Under the pieces are notes generated by a model, which was not told the origin of the DNA, did not search any database, and saw only the letters and a list, made by a program, of their open reading frames with translations. A stretch of 64,000 nucleotides of DNA from Trueperaceae bacterium (GTDB taxonomy: Bacteria > Deinococcota > Deinococci > Deinococcales > Trueperaceae). Where the stretch lies: positions 63,738 through 127,737 of the forward strand of contig CBDCAM010000001.1 in assembly GCA_965213925.1 (NCBI GenBank), in the 5' to 3' direction. Made by a program: the position numbers and the translations under genes. Below are positions 10,283 to 21,143 of this stretch, piece by piece; the first letter of the stretch is position 1, and the number at the start of each line of letters is the position of its first letter.

Positions 10283-11497
10283 TCAGGGGACGCGGCCCTG
10301 GGTTGAAACTGCATCATTCATCCGGCGTTGGGCCTCACCGAGCGCCACCGAGACCGCCCCTTGCAGAACCGCGTCCTGCCCAAGCGAAGAGATGTCGATA
10401 ATTGGCAAGCGTGGTGCCAACCTCCCCACGACCTCTGTGATAACCGAACGCGACAACTCTGGCAGGAGGGTGGCGTCCCCGCCAATGACGATCAGCTCCG
10501 GGTCAAGCATGCTCACGATGTTCGCTGTCGCAACTCCACACAATGTAAGCGCCTCTTCGATGACCTCTAACGCCTTCTCGTTACCGCCCTTCGCAGAAAG
10601 GTAGAGGTCCTCGAGAGAGGGCTCTTCCTCGCCTGCATTTCTTGCCGTGAAAGCTCCTCCTTCACAGGCTTTGCTCAGCAAACTTTTGCCACCAGCGAGA
10701 ACTTCTAAATGTCCGAGCCCGCCAGCTTCTCGATGCGAAAAGGCATGAGTAAAGGCCATGAAGCCAACCTCACCGGAGATCCCGGTGTGGCCGGTAAATA
10801 GGTCCCCGTTGATAATCAGCCCGGCACCGATGCCTTTACGAAAGCTCAAAAAGACGAAGTTTTTGTAGCCCTGCCCTACGCCCAGGGTGTGTTCACCTAT
10901 CGCGGCGAGGTTGATATCGTTCTCTATCAAAATGCTCACGTCGATAAAAGTCTCGGCGAGACGCTGTTTGAGCGGGAAGTTCTGCCAGCCAGTGATGTTA
11001 GGGGCGTCTTGCACAATGCCCTTTTTTTTATCGATTGTTCCGGCTACCCCAACGGCAATGGCTGAGAGTTGTTGCGAGGGAACTTTAGCCTCGCCCAGTG
11101 TTTTAGCAATCGCCTTCACCAGCTGCGCGACCGCGCGCTCTCTTCCTTGACGACTTTGCGTTGGCACCCGGGACGTGGCTAAAATTTGTCCTCGTAAGTT
11201 AGCTAGGGCAGTGCGGATGTACTCCTCGCCGACGTCCACACCAACCACGTAAGCGCTGCCCGGGTTGAACTTGAGGAGACTTGCGGGTCGACCGGGCCCC
11301 ACGGGGCTTTGGCGTGAGCTAACCAATAGCCCCTCATGGACGAGCTGATTTACCAAGCGATTGACCGTTGGGACTGAAAGACCCGTGATGCGAGAGATTG
11401 CAGAGCGAGTGACTTGCCCTTCATCCCATATAATCGAGAGGATCTTTGTCGCATTTCGCTCACGTAGGCTTTCGACTGTCCCGGATCCCACAGCCAA
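10283..11497 (-). CDS. ROK family transcriptional repressor
   Basis: N-terminal wHTH with GRP motif, ENDINLAAIGE, GIGAGLIING, GEVG. Confidence 0.92.
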   Translation of the reverse strand: MAVGSGTVESLRERNATKILSIIWDEGQVTRSAISRITGLSVPTVNRLVNQLVHEGLLVSSRQSPVGPGRPASLLKFNPGSAYVVGVDVGEEYIRTALANLRGQILATSRVPTQSRQGRERAVAQLVKAIAKTLGEAKVPSQQLSAIAVGVAGTIDKKKGIVQDAPNITGWQNFPLKQRLAETFIDVSILIENDINLAAIGEHTLGVGQGYKNFVFLSFRKGIGAGLIINGDLFTGHTGISGEVGFMAFTHAFSHREAGGLGHLEVLAGGKSLLSKACEGGAFTARNAGEEEPSLEDLYLSAKGGNEKALEVIEEALTLCGVATANIVSMLDPELIVIGGDATLLPELSRSVITEVVGRLAPRLPIIDISSLGQDAVLQGAVSVALGEAQRRMNDAVSTQGRVP

Positions 11498-11515
11498 GTC
11501 CCTTCATAAATCGCG

Positions 11516-11540
11516 TTATTTTCGCTTAGACCGAAAATTA
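11516..11540. promoter_or_regulatory. Putative ROK autoregulatory operator
   Basis: Imperfect palindrome TTATTTTCGCTTAGACCGAAAATTA 19 bp upstream of the ROK start. Confidence 0.55.
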
Positions 11541-11590
11541 TCAACATAGATTCTACTACTCTTCGGAGTGGGACGCAATGCCTTTATCTC

Positions 11591-11880
11591 CTAAGTACAC
11601 GACAAAAGCCGAAAGCAGTGGTCCAGGTCAGGCTTTTTGGTTGCCGAGTTGGTGAGTAGATGCCTGAGGTGATCTAAGCCCGCGCGGAACAAAGACTTCT
11701 GCCTACGCCCGTGCGACTTTAGCCGCACAGGTTTGAGTTGTTGATGAACGAACTCGCCGACTTTCAAGGCCCATAAGAAAGCCAGAGTGACAACGACCAG
11801 CAGGGTGCTGATGCGCTCTAGGTACTTGAGATGCGTTGCTTCAAAATCGAAGCCGCTGCTTTTTAAGGCTTTAAACAGAT
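11591..11880 (-). mobile_element. IS4-family transposase C-terminal fragment
   Basis: LFKALKSSGFDFEATHL...KSHGRRQKSLFRAGLD...LSCT. The 5' part is missing and the fragment is fused to the end of the Avs-like gene. Confidence 0.8.
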
Positions 11881-14830
11881 GGGTAGAGCGTCGATGAGCT
11901 CGCCAGCCACGCACTGCATCGCGTGAAACTCGAGGTAGTGCTGCAGGTTCTCCAGCACGGGGATGTGACCGTGTCGGGTCGACGCCAGCATGGCGTTGCG
12001 CTCGTCACGAAGCTCGCGGGGGTCGTCCCACCAAGCTTTGTCGGTTCGCCCCCAGCTGTCTACCACCCAGCGCTCGGCACGCCAGGCCACCTCCTGCGCG
12101 GTTTGATGAAAGACCCGCCCGAGTGGGGCGAACCAGTAGGGCATGGTGTCCATCGAGTCGAAGGTGTACCGGCGCCCCTCACGGCTGAAATCCCACTCGT
12201 CGCCCCCGCGCCAATAAGGAGACTCGTAGGGGTAGCGGCAGGCGAGGGGTGTGTTGCTTTGCCTCAGCTGTCCCACCTCCTCGGCCGACAGTCGGCTAGG
12301 GTCTTCCTGCGCCAAGCGGAGGACTGCCCGCTTAGCTAGTTCCCGCACTTGAGCATGCGGAAAGCTAGTTGACAGCGCATGTTATTTTAATGTACCGACG
12401 TGCCGGAGCATCAAAGCGGGTTGTTCGTCGGCAAGGCGTTGTAGGAGAAGGAACAACCATACGCGCGCCGACATCCAGTAGAACTCCAAGTGTGAAGAGC
12501 GGAACGCTCCGGCAGACTGGGTGTCGGCCAACCGAACTAGCTCGTCCAGCAAGGACCCGTTAGGAAGGTTGATGAGGTAGCGCGCAGCGTGAAGTGCCCG
12601 CCAGCGGACGCGTCTATCGTAGTGGCCAAAGAGGGAGAACAAAAACGTCGCCAAGATTTCAGGAACCTCGTCAGGGAGTGCCGTGTTTGGTGGTATCCAA
12701 GCACTAAGGTCCAGCTGCGCTTCCGTGCGCGCGAACGACCAGGCCAGAGCCCGCTGCAATTCCGGTCCGGCGGTTGACCGGCCGAGAGCTTTAGCAAGAA
12801 CGTAAAGGGCCTCGGGGCTGAGCGAGTCGAGGTGCTCTACGACCGCAGGTAGCAGCAGACGGGCGCGAGATCCGGCCGCTGCATGCGGCAGTGTGAGCAC
12901 CGCTTCGAGCTGCGCTTCGGCGTTATACCCATATGCCATAACGGCAGGAAGATGGCGCTTGAGGAAGGTGCCGATGCCGTCCAGCGCCCATTCCCGGATG
13001 GATGGACTATTGCGCCACGACCTTAGCGCTGAATCGAGTGCAGTGAGCACAGCGGGCATGCGGATTCGGTTCTCGATCTCATCCTCGGTCATGTCCGTAA
13101 GCAAGCTAAGAAAATCGATGCGCCGCGACGGGGCTAGGGAGCGCGCCAGCATGGTTAAATATCGGTCCACCGTCGAGTCGTAGGTGAGGTGCCGAAGCTG
13201 TCGTACGGCTTCGTCAAGGTCCGCGAGGTCGCCCCGGCGAGCACTGTCTAGAAACTTTTGGACTGTCGCCTCAGCTTCCTGGTCCTGCTTTTGAAGGCTT
13301 AGCCGTTCAGCGCGTTCCGGGTCAGGAGGAAAGTTCTCGACGAAAGATGACAGGTCGCGCAGTTCTTGTACACCCTCTAGCGAGCCCTGTCGGTTCGCTT
13401 CGGTCCAGGCAAGAACTCGGTCGGCCGCGGCTTTGCGTTGGCGTAGGGGCACATCGCGGCGGATCCAGCGGCTTACCGTCTGCATGGCGCTGTTGAGCCG
13501 TGGACGGTCGCGTGAACGGCTGGCGAGCAGGGAACCTAGAACAACAACCGCATCCGTGGAAACGTCGAAATGTTCGCCAGCAAGCCGAAGGAGCCCGAGG
13601 TGCTCGAGCGGGCTCACGATTCCCCTTTCTGCCGAAGTGCGCACCACCGGCAGGACGCCGTCAGCCAGATTGATCTTGTCCTCGTCGTCCCAGCGGCTAC
13701 ACAGCGCGAAGCCGGCCGCGGGGTCCAGCCGCGTCGCCGCGCCGAGCGCCTCTTCCCAGGGAAGCACCGACTTCGCCGACACGAAACGCTCGTGGGCCTC
13801 GACGACCCGCGCGAGCCGGGCGGCAAGCTCGCGCCCCCGGCCCCTCGGCAGGTCGGGGGACAGCGTCGAGGCGAAGTGGGCTTGGACGCTGAGGAGCAAG
13901 GCGCTGTCGTCGTCAATCCCCTCCGCGGCGGTGAGGCTGCGGCGGTAAAAGTCCCTGGACAGCCCTTCGTCGTACGGCTGCGTAACCCTAGCACAATCAA
14001 GGAGCGCCTCCCACCGGTCGCGGCCGGGGTACGGCCGCTCCTCCAAACACTGGGCGGAGCGTTCTGTCAGGGAAAAGCCGACTAGTCGGTACGCAGCGTG
14101 AGGCAAAAGCTTCTCACCGAGCTTGATCCAGAGCCACGGTGCCCCATCCCGTCGTATGCGGCTCGCAGCGTCCGCGATCTCCTCGAGGAGGGGTTCGGCA
14201 TCCCCTTCGCAGCGGACGAGAACGTCGCATACGCGCTCCGCCCAGAGCGAGAAGGAGCCGTCGAACTTGAACCAGCGATGGTCACTCCTGTCCGTGCGCC
14301 GCTCCAGATCTCGCCGGATCGGCCCCTCAACGTCCTCCAACTTGTACGACTTCACAAAGCTCTGAGCACGTAAGATGTAGACCTGCAGAAGTTCACCGAC
14401 GTGGTCCCGGAAGCGCCGACGCTCGGATTCGTAACGGTCGTACCCCCCCGGCTCCTCTCTCTTGCGGTACTTTTCGGGTATCAAATCGTCTAAAATGGGG
14501 GTGGCGTCCTCTAGAGCCGCCTTTAGGCACACCGCGCGGAGGGGCAAGTCGTAATACCCCGACTCCATGCCGGTGCCAGGGACAAAATCGGGCATAGCCG
14601 GGCAGAGGGTGCCAACGAGATACGCGACGCTCGAGTGCGCGACGCCGCTCAAGGTGGCAAGCTCGCAGAACGCCGGTGCCCAGCCGAGCGCCTCCTCCGC
14701 GGGTCGCTCCTTATTCCGCTGTACGTACTGCTCCAAGCGCAAAGCGATGCTTTGAACGAGGGCCGGAGTCAGTGTCCAACCAGCCTTCCAGAGCGCGGTG
14801 ATAAATGCCGCTCTGAAGTGGACCCCTTTG

Positions 14831-15769
14831 TCAAGACACGGTTCGGGCTTGTTCTAAGCTACACTCCCTCCCTTCGGTGAGTGCTTGGTGAGCGTCGGTA
14901 GTCGTGTCGGTGGTGGTCGTGTCGGTCTGCTGGGCTGATCCAAAGTACACCTCCGCCGGGGTCTGGTAGCCGAGCGACTGATGCAGGCGCTCGTGGTTGT
15001 AGAAGTCTAAGTAGCGGCTGATGCCTGTTCTTGCTTCCTTGGGGGTTTGGTAGTCGTGCAGGTAGACCTCCTCATATTTGAGACTGCGCCACAGCCTCTC
15101 GGTAAAGACGTTGTCGCTCGCCCTTCCCTTACCGTCCATGCTGACCCGCACTTCGGCACTACGGAGGAGCTCGAGATAAGCAGGGCTGGTGAACTGGCTC
15201 CCCTGGTCGCTGTTGGGAATGTCGGGTTTGGCCTTGGTGAACGCCTTGGCTACAGCGGTCAGGACGAAAGCCAGCTCTAAACTGTCATCAAGTTCCCAGG
15301 CGACGACGTACCTGGAGAACCAGTCGAGCACCGCCACCAGATACAGCCAACCGCGGGCAAGGCGGATGTAGGTGATGTCAATACCCCAGACCCTATTCGG
15401 CTCGTTAATCGCTAGACCTCTTAACAGGTAAGGATAGACCTGGTGCTCAGCACGGCGTTTGCTCAGGTTCGGCCCCGGTGTAATGCCAGCAATGCCCATC
15501 TCCCGCATGTGCCGCTGGACGGCTTTGCGGTTCAGCCGCCAGCCCTCCCTTCGTAGGGTGGCGGTGATGCGGCGCGAGCCGTAGAAAGGGCGCAGCGTAT
15601 AGAGTTCGTCGATGCGATGTTTTAGCGCGACTTCCTCGGGTGAGGGAGCAAGCGGCTGGTAGTACAGACCTGAGCGGTTCAGGCCCAACAACTCCGCTTG
15701 GCTTCTAACGGGCATCGTCTGGTCGTCCCAATCAACGAGCGTGAGGCGTTCGGGTCTAGTCAACATCAA
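14831..15769 (-). CDS. IS3 transposase OrfB (DDE/rve)
   Basis: WGIDITY, NSDQGSQFTS, ERLWRSLKYE, YNHERLHQSLGY. Confidence 0.92.
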   Translation of the reverse strand: MMLTRPERLTLVDWDDQTMPVRSQAELLGLNRSGLYYQPLAPSPEEVALKHRIDELYTLRPFYGSRRITATLRREGWRLNRKAVQRHMREMGIAGITPGPNLSKRRAEHQVYPYLLRGLAINEPNRVWGIDITYIRLARGWLYLVAVLDWFSRYVVAWELDDSLELAFVLTAVAKAFTKAKPDIPNSDQGSQFTSPAYLELLRSAEVRVSMDGKGRASDNVFTERLWRSLKYEEVYLHDYQTPKEARTGISRYLDFYNHERLHQSLGYQTPAEVYFGSAQQTDTTTTDTTTDAHQALTEGRECSLEQARTVS

Positions 15770-16043
15770 AACTTTTTTTTTTGAGCCACGCCAGCTGCGT
15801 GCTCAAGCGCCCGATCTCGGTGTAGAGTTCTTCAATCTTCTGCTCCGCGGCTTCTTGAGCGGCTTTAGCGTCTCTGTCCCTCTCGAACACCCCCGGCAAG
15901 CCCGCCACCACCTGTTTCTTCCAGCGGTGCAGCATGGTGGGGTGTACCCCGTAAGTAGAGGCGAGTTCGGATACGGTCTTTTCCTCTTTGAGCATTTCCA
16001 GCACCAGTTGCGCCTTGAAGCTGCTTGAACGGTTCTTTCTCAT
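15756..16043 (-). CDS. IS3 transposase OrfA (HTH) with A10G slippery site at 15772-15782
   Basis: FKAQLVLE...ELASTYGVHP...WKK, WLKKK overlapping the poly-A run. Confidence 0.9.
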   Translation of the reverse strand: MRKNRSSSFKAQLVLEMLKEEKTVSELASTYGVHPTMLHRWKKQVVAGLPGVFERDRDAKAAQEAAEQKIEELYTEIGRLSTQLAWLKKKSFDVD

Positions 16044-16823
16044 CTTCTAGGTGTAGCTTAGCCCCTGCCCTTTTTGTGTCCGGTTTCTTGGGTCCACTAT
16101 ACTCCTCCCCAAGGAAGCTCTTGATCTAGCGATAGCCGGTCCTCTAACTCTGCGAGGTCGCGTTGCGAAGCCAGCGCGGTTGCAACGTGCGGTAAGACCT
16201 CAAAAACGAAGCTTCGGGGACGCCAACGCTTAAGCAGCTTCTTAGCTTCTTCTGGGCCTTTAAGATAAAAGGTCGCAATGACGCTGCTGGCGGCGTCCTC
16301 GGCATCTAATCGCCAGTTGTGCGTCTCATTTTCGGGAAGCGTTTCACGCCGCCTCACCCACGCCCAAGCCATCCGCAGCTGCTCGTCCGCACGGTCGTGC
16401 TGCTCCGGGTCGCGGGCGTAGAGCGCTGCCGTACGGAAGTGAACGGACCCGTGCCAGGGTTCTTCTTGCGCGTAAAGACGTGCCACCGTCCGAGGGTCGC
16501 CGTAGCGGAACGCCAGCTCGGGGCGTTATCATCGCCATGGTCTAAGGGATCAACACCTTCCATGAGGACTTTGGTGAGGCCGCTATGGGGCTTTAGCAGG
16601 TCGAGCGCGCGGCGCGCGGCCCAGAGGATGTGAAAGTCGTCCCCGGCGTTGGACTCGCGAACGCCCGGGTCGGTGCGGAGCCGATGGCGGGTCATCACCG
16701 CGGGCACGCCTCCTCACTGCCTGAAATAAGGTATCTCTCCCTAGCTGAGCAGGCTAGACCCTTGCCGACAAAAGTCGCTGCCGCCTTCTCACGTGGGCTA
16801 GAGACCGGAAGAGGCACAGAACT

Positions 16824-17470
16824 CTACCGAAACTGCTTGCCTCGGTCGTACGTGTTCAGAAGCTCGCGCGCGAACTCGTACTCGGATGCGAGGTGAGTTG
16901 CTGCGTCCTCTGACCAGCCTTCCTCGATCAAGAACCGGCGCAGCAAGTCCGCACCAAAATCCGACTGGTCCTTATGGGCAACAACCAGAAACTGCATCCA
17001 CCGCTCCTGGTCCGACGGGTGACTACCCCATGTTGACTTGTTGGCCGACGCCGAGAACGTTCTCAGAAGGCGCGCGGCCTCGGCCGAGAGTACGTCTTCA
17101 GGTTCCACCTGCGGTTTGGTAAGCTCCACCGATATGCCGAGCTCATCCGCAACAGGTCGAACGAGCCGATGGCAGAACTCGTTCAGGATGCCGTTGTACT
17201 CGTCGTAGGCAAGTTCACTGGACTCTGTAGGGACGACGTTCGTCACGTGCCATCGCCCCACCTCAGCTTCTGCGACAGCGACAAGAGCTCCCGGAAGCGC
17301 AGCGTCGGCTTGCCGAACGAAAAGGTACATGCTCTCGCCGAACTGCTGTGAGTCCTGTTCCCTAACTTGGTCGCGTGACCAGGTTGCTACAGTCGCTCTG
17401 CGAGCTCAGCAAAGAATATATCAGGAGAATTGGCACCTAAGTTGATGTAAAGGTCTTGGTGGATCTTCAT
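16824..17470 (-). pseudogene. Conserved hypothetical protein upstream of the Avs-like gene, frameshifted near 17390
   Basis: RBS and ATG 17470 give MKIHQDLYINLG..., which continues in another frame as TWSRDQVREQ...MYLF...SANKSTWGSHPSDQERW...GW...LASEYEF. Confidence 0.6.
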
Positions 17471-17549
17471 GCTTTTCTCCCTCACGGGCTGCCCTTAAGT
17501 CGCCTAGCTAGTTGTCTGTACGTCTTGATGTCTTTGAACACTTTGTAGG

Positions 17550-18381
17550 GGCTCCGTCAAGTTATTCTGGGTGGGGTACGGAAAGCTTACGACAGCCCGC
17601 CGTGGCAGCCGCGTTCACAGGATTTCTAAGGGACAGAAAGCGACAGCTCCGCCCATATGCCGAAGCCACGGGTCAGGTGATGGCGCCGCGTACCAGCAGA
17701 GACGCCTGCACGGGTCGGGCGGAACAGGTTGCCGACTTCGGCATGGGTGAAAAGAAAGCGTTGAGCGCAGCGCAAGCTCCTGAAGCCTCGCTGCTGCCGC
17801 TCCTGCTCGCGGGTAGGCCGGTGCGACTGCTCAACGAGGTTGTTCTGGCGCTTCTGCGCCGAAACGGTGAGGTGGTCAGCCGCGCCCAGCTCGGGCAGCT
17901 CTTCGAGCGCCGCGCCGTAGCTCCTAAGGCCGTCGGTGATAACGCGCTCCGGAAGCCCTTGGTCCTCGATCAACCGCCGGAAGAAGCGCTTGGCCGCACC
18001 CGTATCACGATGCTCTTGGAGCAGCACGTCCAGCACCTCGTCATGCTCATTCACGGCCCGCCACAGCCAGTGAACCGTTCCCCCTACGACCACCCGCATC
18101 TCGTCCAGATGCCAGCTCCGACCCCGCCGCAGCTTACGGTGGTGTAAGGCTTCGGCTAAGTCGGGGCCAAAGCGACCACACCAGGCCCGCACCGTCTCGT
18201 GGCTGACGTCGATGCCGCGCTCGAACAGCAGTTCCTGCACGTCGCGGTAGGAAAGCAAGAAGCGGTGATAGAGATAGACCGCGTAGGAGATGACCGCCTT
18301 GGGGAAACGATAGCCTTTGGGATATTCGGACGCGTCAGACACCCCGGTAGCCTACCTTAGTGGGAGTAACTTGACGGAGCC
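17550..18381 (-). mobile_element. Complete IS6-family element (832 bp)
   Basis: Perfect 15-bp IR GGCTCCGTCAAGTTA at both ends; no matching flanking TSD. Confidence 0.92.
17626..18342 (-). CDS. IS6-family transposase
   Basis: GYRFP, ERGIDVSHETVR.W, WHLDE, TDGLRSY, NNLVEQSHRP.R. Confidence 0.93.
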   Translation of the reverse strand: MSDASEYPKGYRFPKAVISYAVYLYHRFLLSYRDVQELLFERGIDVSHETVRAWCGRFGPDLAEALHHRKLRRGRSWHLDEMRVVVGGTVHWLWRAVNEHDEVLDVLLQEHRDTGAAKRFFRRLIEDQGLPERVITDGLRSYGAALEELPELGAADHLTVSAQKRQNNLVEQSHRPTREQERQQRGFRSLRCAQRFLFTHAEVGNLFRPTRAGVSAGTRRHHLTRGFGIWAELSLSVP

Positions 18382-19100
18382 GGTAGAGACCCGTCTCCTC
18401 GCGGAGTTCGAAGTCGAACTCGACGGGAAAGGCGTTGGAGTAACGCCGGTAGCCGAGGGGTTGTTTCGGCAGCAGCACCTCGCTCGGGAAGCCGTTCCCG
18501 ACCGTGGACACTTCATAGCTGACCGTCTCAAGCTCGATGTTCGGGAAAACGACGACGCGGTACGCTCCGTAGCCGACCTCTCCCCTGGAGAGCGAGAGCG
18601 GGACGTACACCTCGCGGGTCACCTCGCCGAAGTCGACGGGGAGCGACGCGGTCACCCCGATGTCGTCGCCATTTAACGACAGCGCCCGCAGCACTTCGGT
18701 TTTCCAAGAAAACGAGCCGCTCCCGAGCGGCTTCTGGGTGTCCATCCGGTAGTAGACGCGGTAGACGTTGCTTCCGCCCGCAGGTTGAGGGGCGGGTTTT
18801 CCAGACCAGCCAGAGCAGGCACGGCGTCAATGTCGTCGGTGCTCCAAGAGAGGCGGAGGTCGCCTCCCTCCTCGTCACCGAAATCGTACTGCCGGGTGAA
18901 CGAAGTCAACGTGGCGACATAGCCGGATACTTCCTTCACATAGAGGCCCTCGCAACGCCGCCCCTCTTCCCTATCTCGATAGCGATTCCCGTCTTCCCTC
19001 CTCAACGACGAGATTAGGCTCACAGAAAGACTCGGGGTTCTGGGAGAGGGCTGCGGACGCTGTCAAGAAAACGGTTACCACAAGAAGACGTACCAACCTC
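18382..19100 (-). pseudogene. Secreted hypothetical protein, multiply frameshifted and truncated by IS6
   Basis: Signal-like LVRLLVVTVFLTASAALSQ, then RYRDR..RCEGLY and downstream segments in different frames. Start is approximate. Confidence 0.45.
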
Positions 19101-19396
19101 TTTTCCTCCTTCCCTTTCCCGCCACGCGTGTCCTGACTCAATAGTACCGGTGAACCGCACCGTTGTCATCCTGGCGCGTCTCACCGCCACGAGTTCTCAG
19201 CCTAGCGAAACGCCCAAAGAGGCCAATACGGGCGTGAGGCTCCCGCGATCTCCGGCGGCGGAATGTGGCGCCGAAACAGGCACAACAACTCGAGGACGTG
19301 CCGTGGCTGCCGCACGGGGCGACCCCTTCGGCTGACAGGCTCGAGCGCCCTCATCTGCTATCCTATCGGACACTTATGGCTGACAAAGAGGCAAGT

Positions 19397-19759
19397 ATGA
19401 CTGACGAAGAGATAAGGGAGTTGGAAAGTCTCACGGAACCAGGACGCGCGAACTTAGCCGGATTCGCGACCGCGAGGGCCGCGCCCCTGCCGCGCCGGGA
19501 CGCGGCTATCCTTCACGCCTTGCAAGCGCTCGGCGTCACGGCCCATCACACCGCCACCCTCGACACGTTGAGGGAATTCGCGCGCGCCAGGGAGGCCGTC
19601 GGCGTCCTTTATGACGAGTTCGGCGACGCGCTCGGCGCCTTCCTCAACCAGCCGCTGGCCGACTACAGCGGCAAAAGCGTAGCCGACCTTGTGGCCGAAC
19701 ACGGGGTGCGCGCCCTCGAAGCAGTGAGGTCGGACATCGAATACCCCGTGCCCGCCTAA
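19397..19759 (+). CDS. Putative Xre/MbcA/ParS-type antitoxin
   Basis: C-terminal FLNQPLADYSGKSVADLV..G..A resembles the toxin-binding domain; directly upstream of a RES gene. Confidence 0.65.
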   Translation: MTDEEIRELESLTEPGRANLAGFATARAAPLPRRDAAILHALQALGVTAHHTATLDTLREFARAREAVGVLYDEFGDALGAFLNQPLADYSGKSVADLVAEHGVRALEAVRSDIEYPVPA

Positions 19760-19768
19760 GCCAGGGGA

Positions 19769-20379
19769 GTGCGCGACCTTGCTGACGCCGAGATCGTCGA
19801 GCGCTGCCACCCCAGGGTCAGCCAACTCGCCTGGCGCTACGTCGCCTACCGGTACCTCTTCCAGCCGGAGCCGGAGGCGAAAAGGCCGCTGTCGGTGCTG
19901 GGCAGCTTAAGAGGCGGCGGGCGTTACAACATCGGCCTCAACCTGCCGGGGCTCGACCCTTCAGGGCGATCTACACCAGCCTCGAGGCGACGACGGCCGC
20001 CCAGGAAATGCGTTTCCCGACGGCCCCGGAAACACCCTACCTGCTCTTTCCCGTCCGGGCTACCCTGGCACGCGTCCTAGACCTGCGCGACGAGGAAGTT
20101 GTCCGGGCGCTCGAGCTCGACGAGGCCAGACTTTACGGCCCCTGGCGTGAAACGAGCAAGGTGCTGGGCCGGGCGGCGTATCCGCAACTTGTCGGGCGGA
20201 GGCTCTTTAGCGCCGGTGTCGAGGCGCTACTCACCCACAGTGTGGTTGACAAAGGCGGCACCAACCTCACGATCTACCCCGCCAACTTAACGGGCGACAG
20301 TCGCGTGAGCGTCAGCGCGGACGTGGATGACCCGAAGGTGGTCGATGTGCTGCTGCCCGAAGGTAGCTCGGGAACGTAA
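19769..20379 (+). pseudogene. RES-domain toxin, 1-bp frameshift at ~19958
   Basis: GS.RGGGRYN, then after the shift AIYTSLE..TA.QE, VLDL, PQ.VGR, S......NL.IY. One C is missing in GACCCTTC. Confidence 0.8.
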
Positions 20380-20700
20380 GGAGACCCTCAAATAACGCCA
20401 GCTAACATGTTTCGGCTCTTAAACTGTACCCATCTAAACTGGGTGTATTAAAAAAAGGGTAATACCCCCCAACATCTTACCCAAACTCCCCAAACGGTAA
20501 ACCCGATAGGTCCACCGCAAGGCCCGCGCCGTCATGACGGCGAGGCTGCACTGGGCTCGAGCCCTCTTTATTCCTACTTCGTTTTGGAGCAAAGATGGGT
20601 AGACCCCATTGCTTCATCGTGAAGTACAAAAGGGATAGAAAGTACGTGCAGGAGCGAGAAAACCCTTGTTTGCTAGGGGTGAAACTGCTATACTCGAGCC

Positions 20701-21078
20701 ATGAATCAAGGTCCCAAACTCTCGCTCGACGCGCTGCGGGTGTTGAGCCTATTTCACGCCTCGCCCGAGCGGGCGTTTTATGGGCGCGAGCTCTCGAGAC
20801 GCGCCGACGTCTCCTCGGCCACGGTGGTGCGGCTGTTGCTTAAGCTCGAGGACGACGGCTGGTTATGGAGCGAGTTTCAGCGGGGGCCAAGGCAGACGCA
20901 CCGGCCCGAGCGGTATTACACCCTGACGCCTAGAGGTTATGAACTTTCTCGACGTGCTCTGAAGCGGGTGGCGCACCTCGACACGGTGAAAGAGAAGGAG
21001 CCGAGGTTACTCGAGGCCCCGGAGGTCGAGCGGCCGCGGCGGGCAGGCAGGGTGAACGAGCAGCCGTCGCTTTTTTAA
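20701..21078 (+). CDS. PadR-like winged-helix regulator
   Basis: YGRELSRRADVSSATV..LL.KLE..GWL.S...RP.RYYTLT..G. Confidence 0.8.
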   Translation: MNQGPKLSLDALRVLSLFHASPERAFYGRELSRRADVSSATVVRLLLKLEDDGWLWSEFQRGPRQTHRPERYYTLTPRGYELSRRALKRVAHLDTVKEKEPRLLEAPEVERPRRAGRVNEQPSLF

Positions 21079-21143
21079 GGATGAGGGCTGCTTTGAGCTC
21101 TTTTGCAGGGCGGCACGAGCCGACGCTTCGTAAATGTTCTGGC

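Larger units (their letters stand above)
14814..16101 (-). mobile_element. Complete IS3-family element (1288 bp), 3-bp TSD CTC
   Basis: Imperfect IRs TATAGTGGACCCAAGAAACCGGACAC / TGAAGTGGACCCCTTTGTCAAGACAC. CTC flanks at 14811-14813 and 16102-16104. Excision restores the host reading frame (PWGG-AAFITALWK...LRLEQY). Confidence 0.92.
11880..16707 (-). pseudogene. AVAST type III (Avs3a-like) antiphage nuclease-STAND-TPR gene remnant
   Basis: N-terminus RESNAGDDFHILWAARRALDLL..SGL..V..EG resembles the Avs3a Cap4-type nuclease start. An out-of-frame junction at ~16525 leads into a helical repeat region. There is an IS3 insertion, an in-frame TAA at 12382-12384, and the 3' end is replaced by the IS4 fragment. 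Confidence 0.7.

Noticed and set aside
17512..18147. 211-aa plus-strand ORF
   Set aside because: Antisense shadow of the IS6 transposase.
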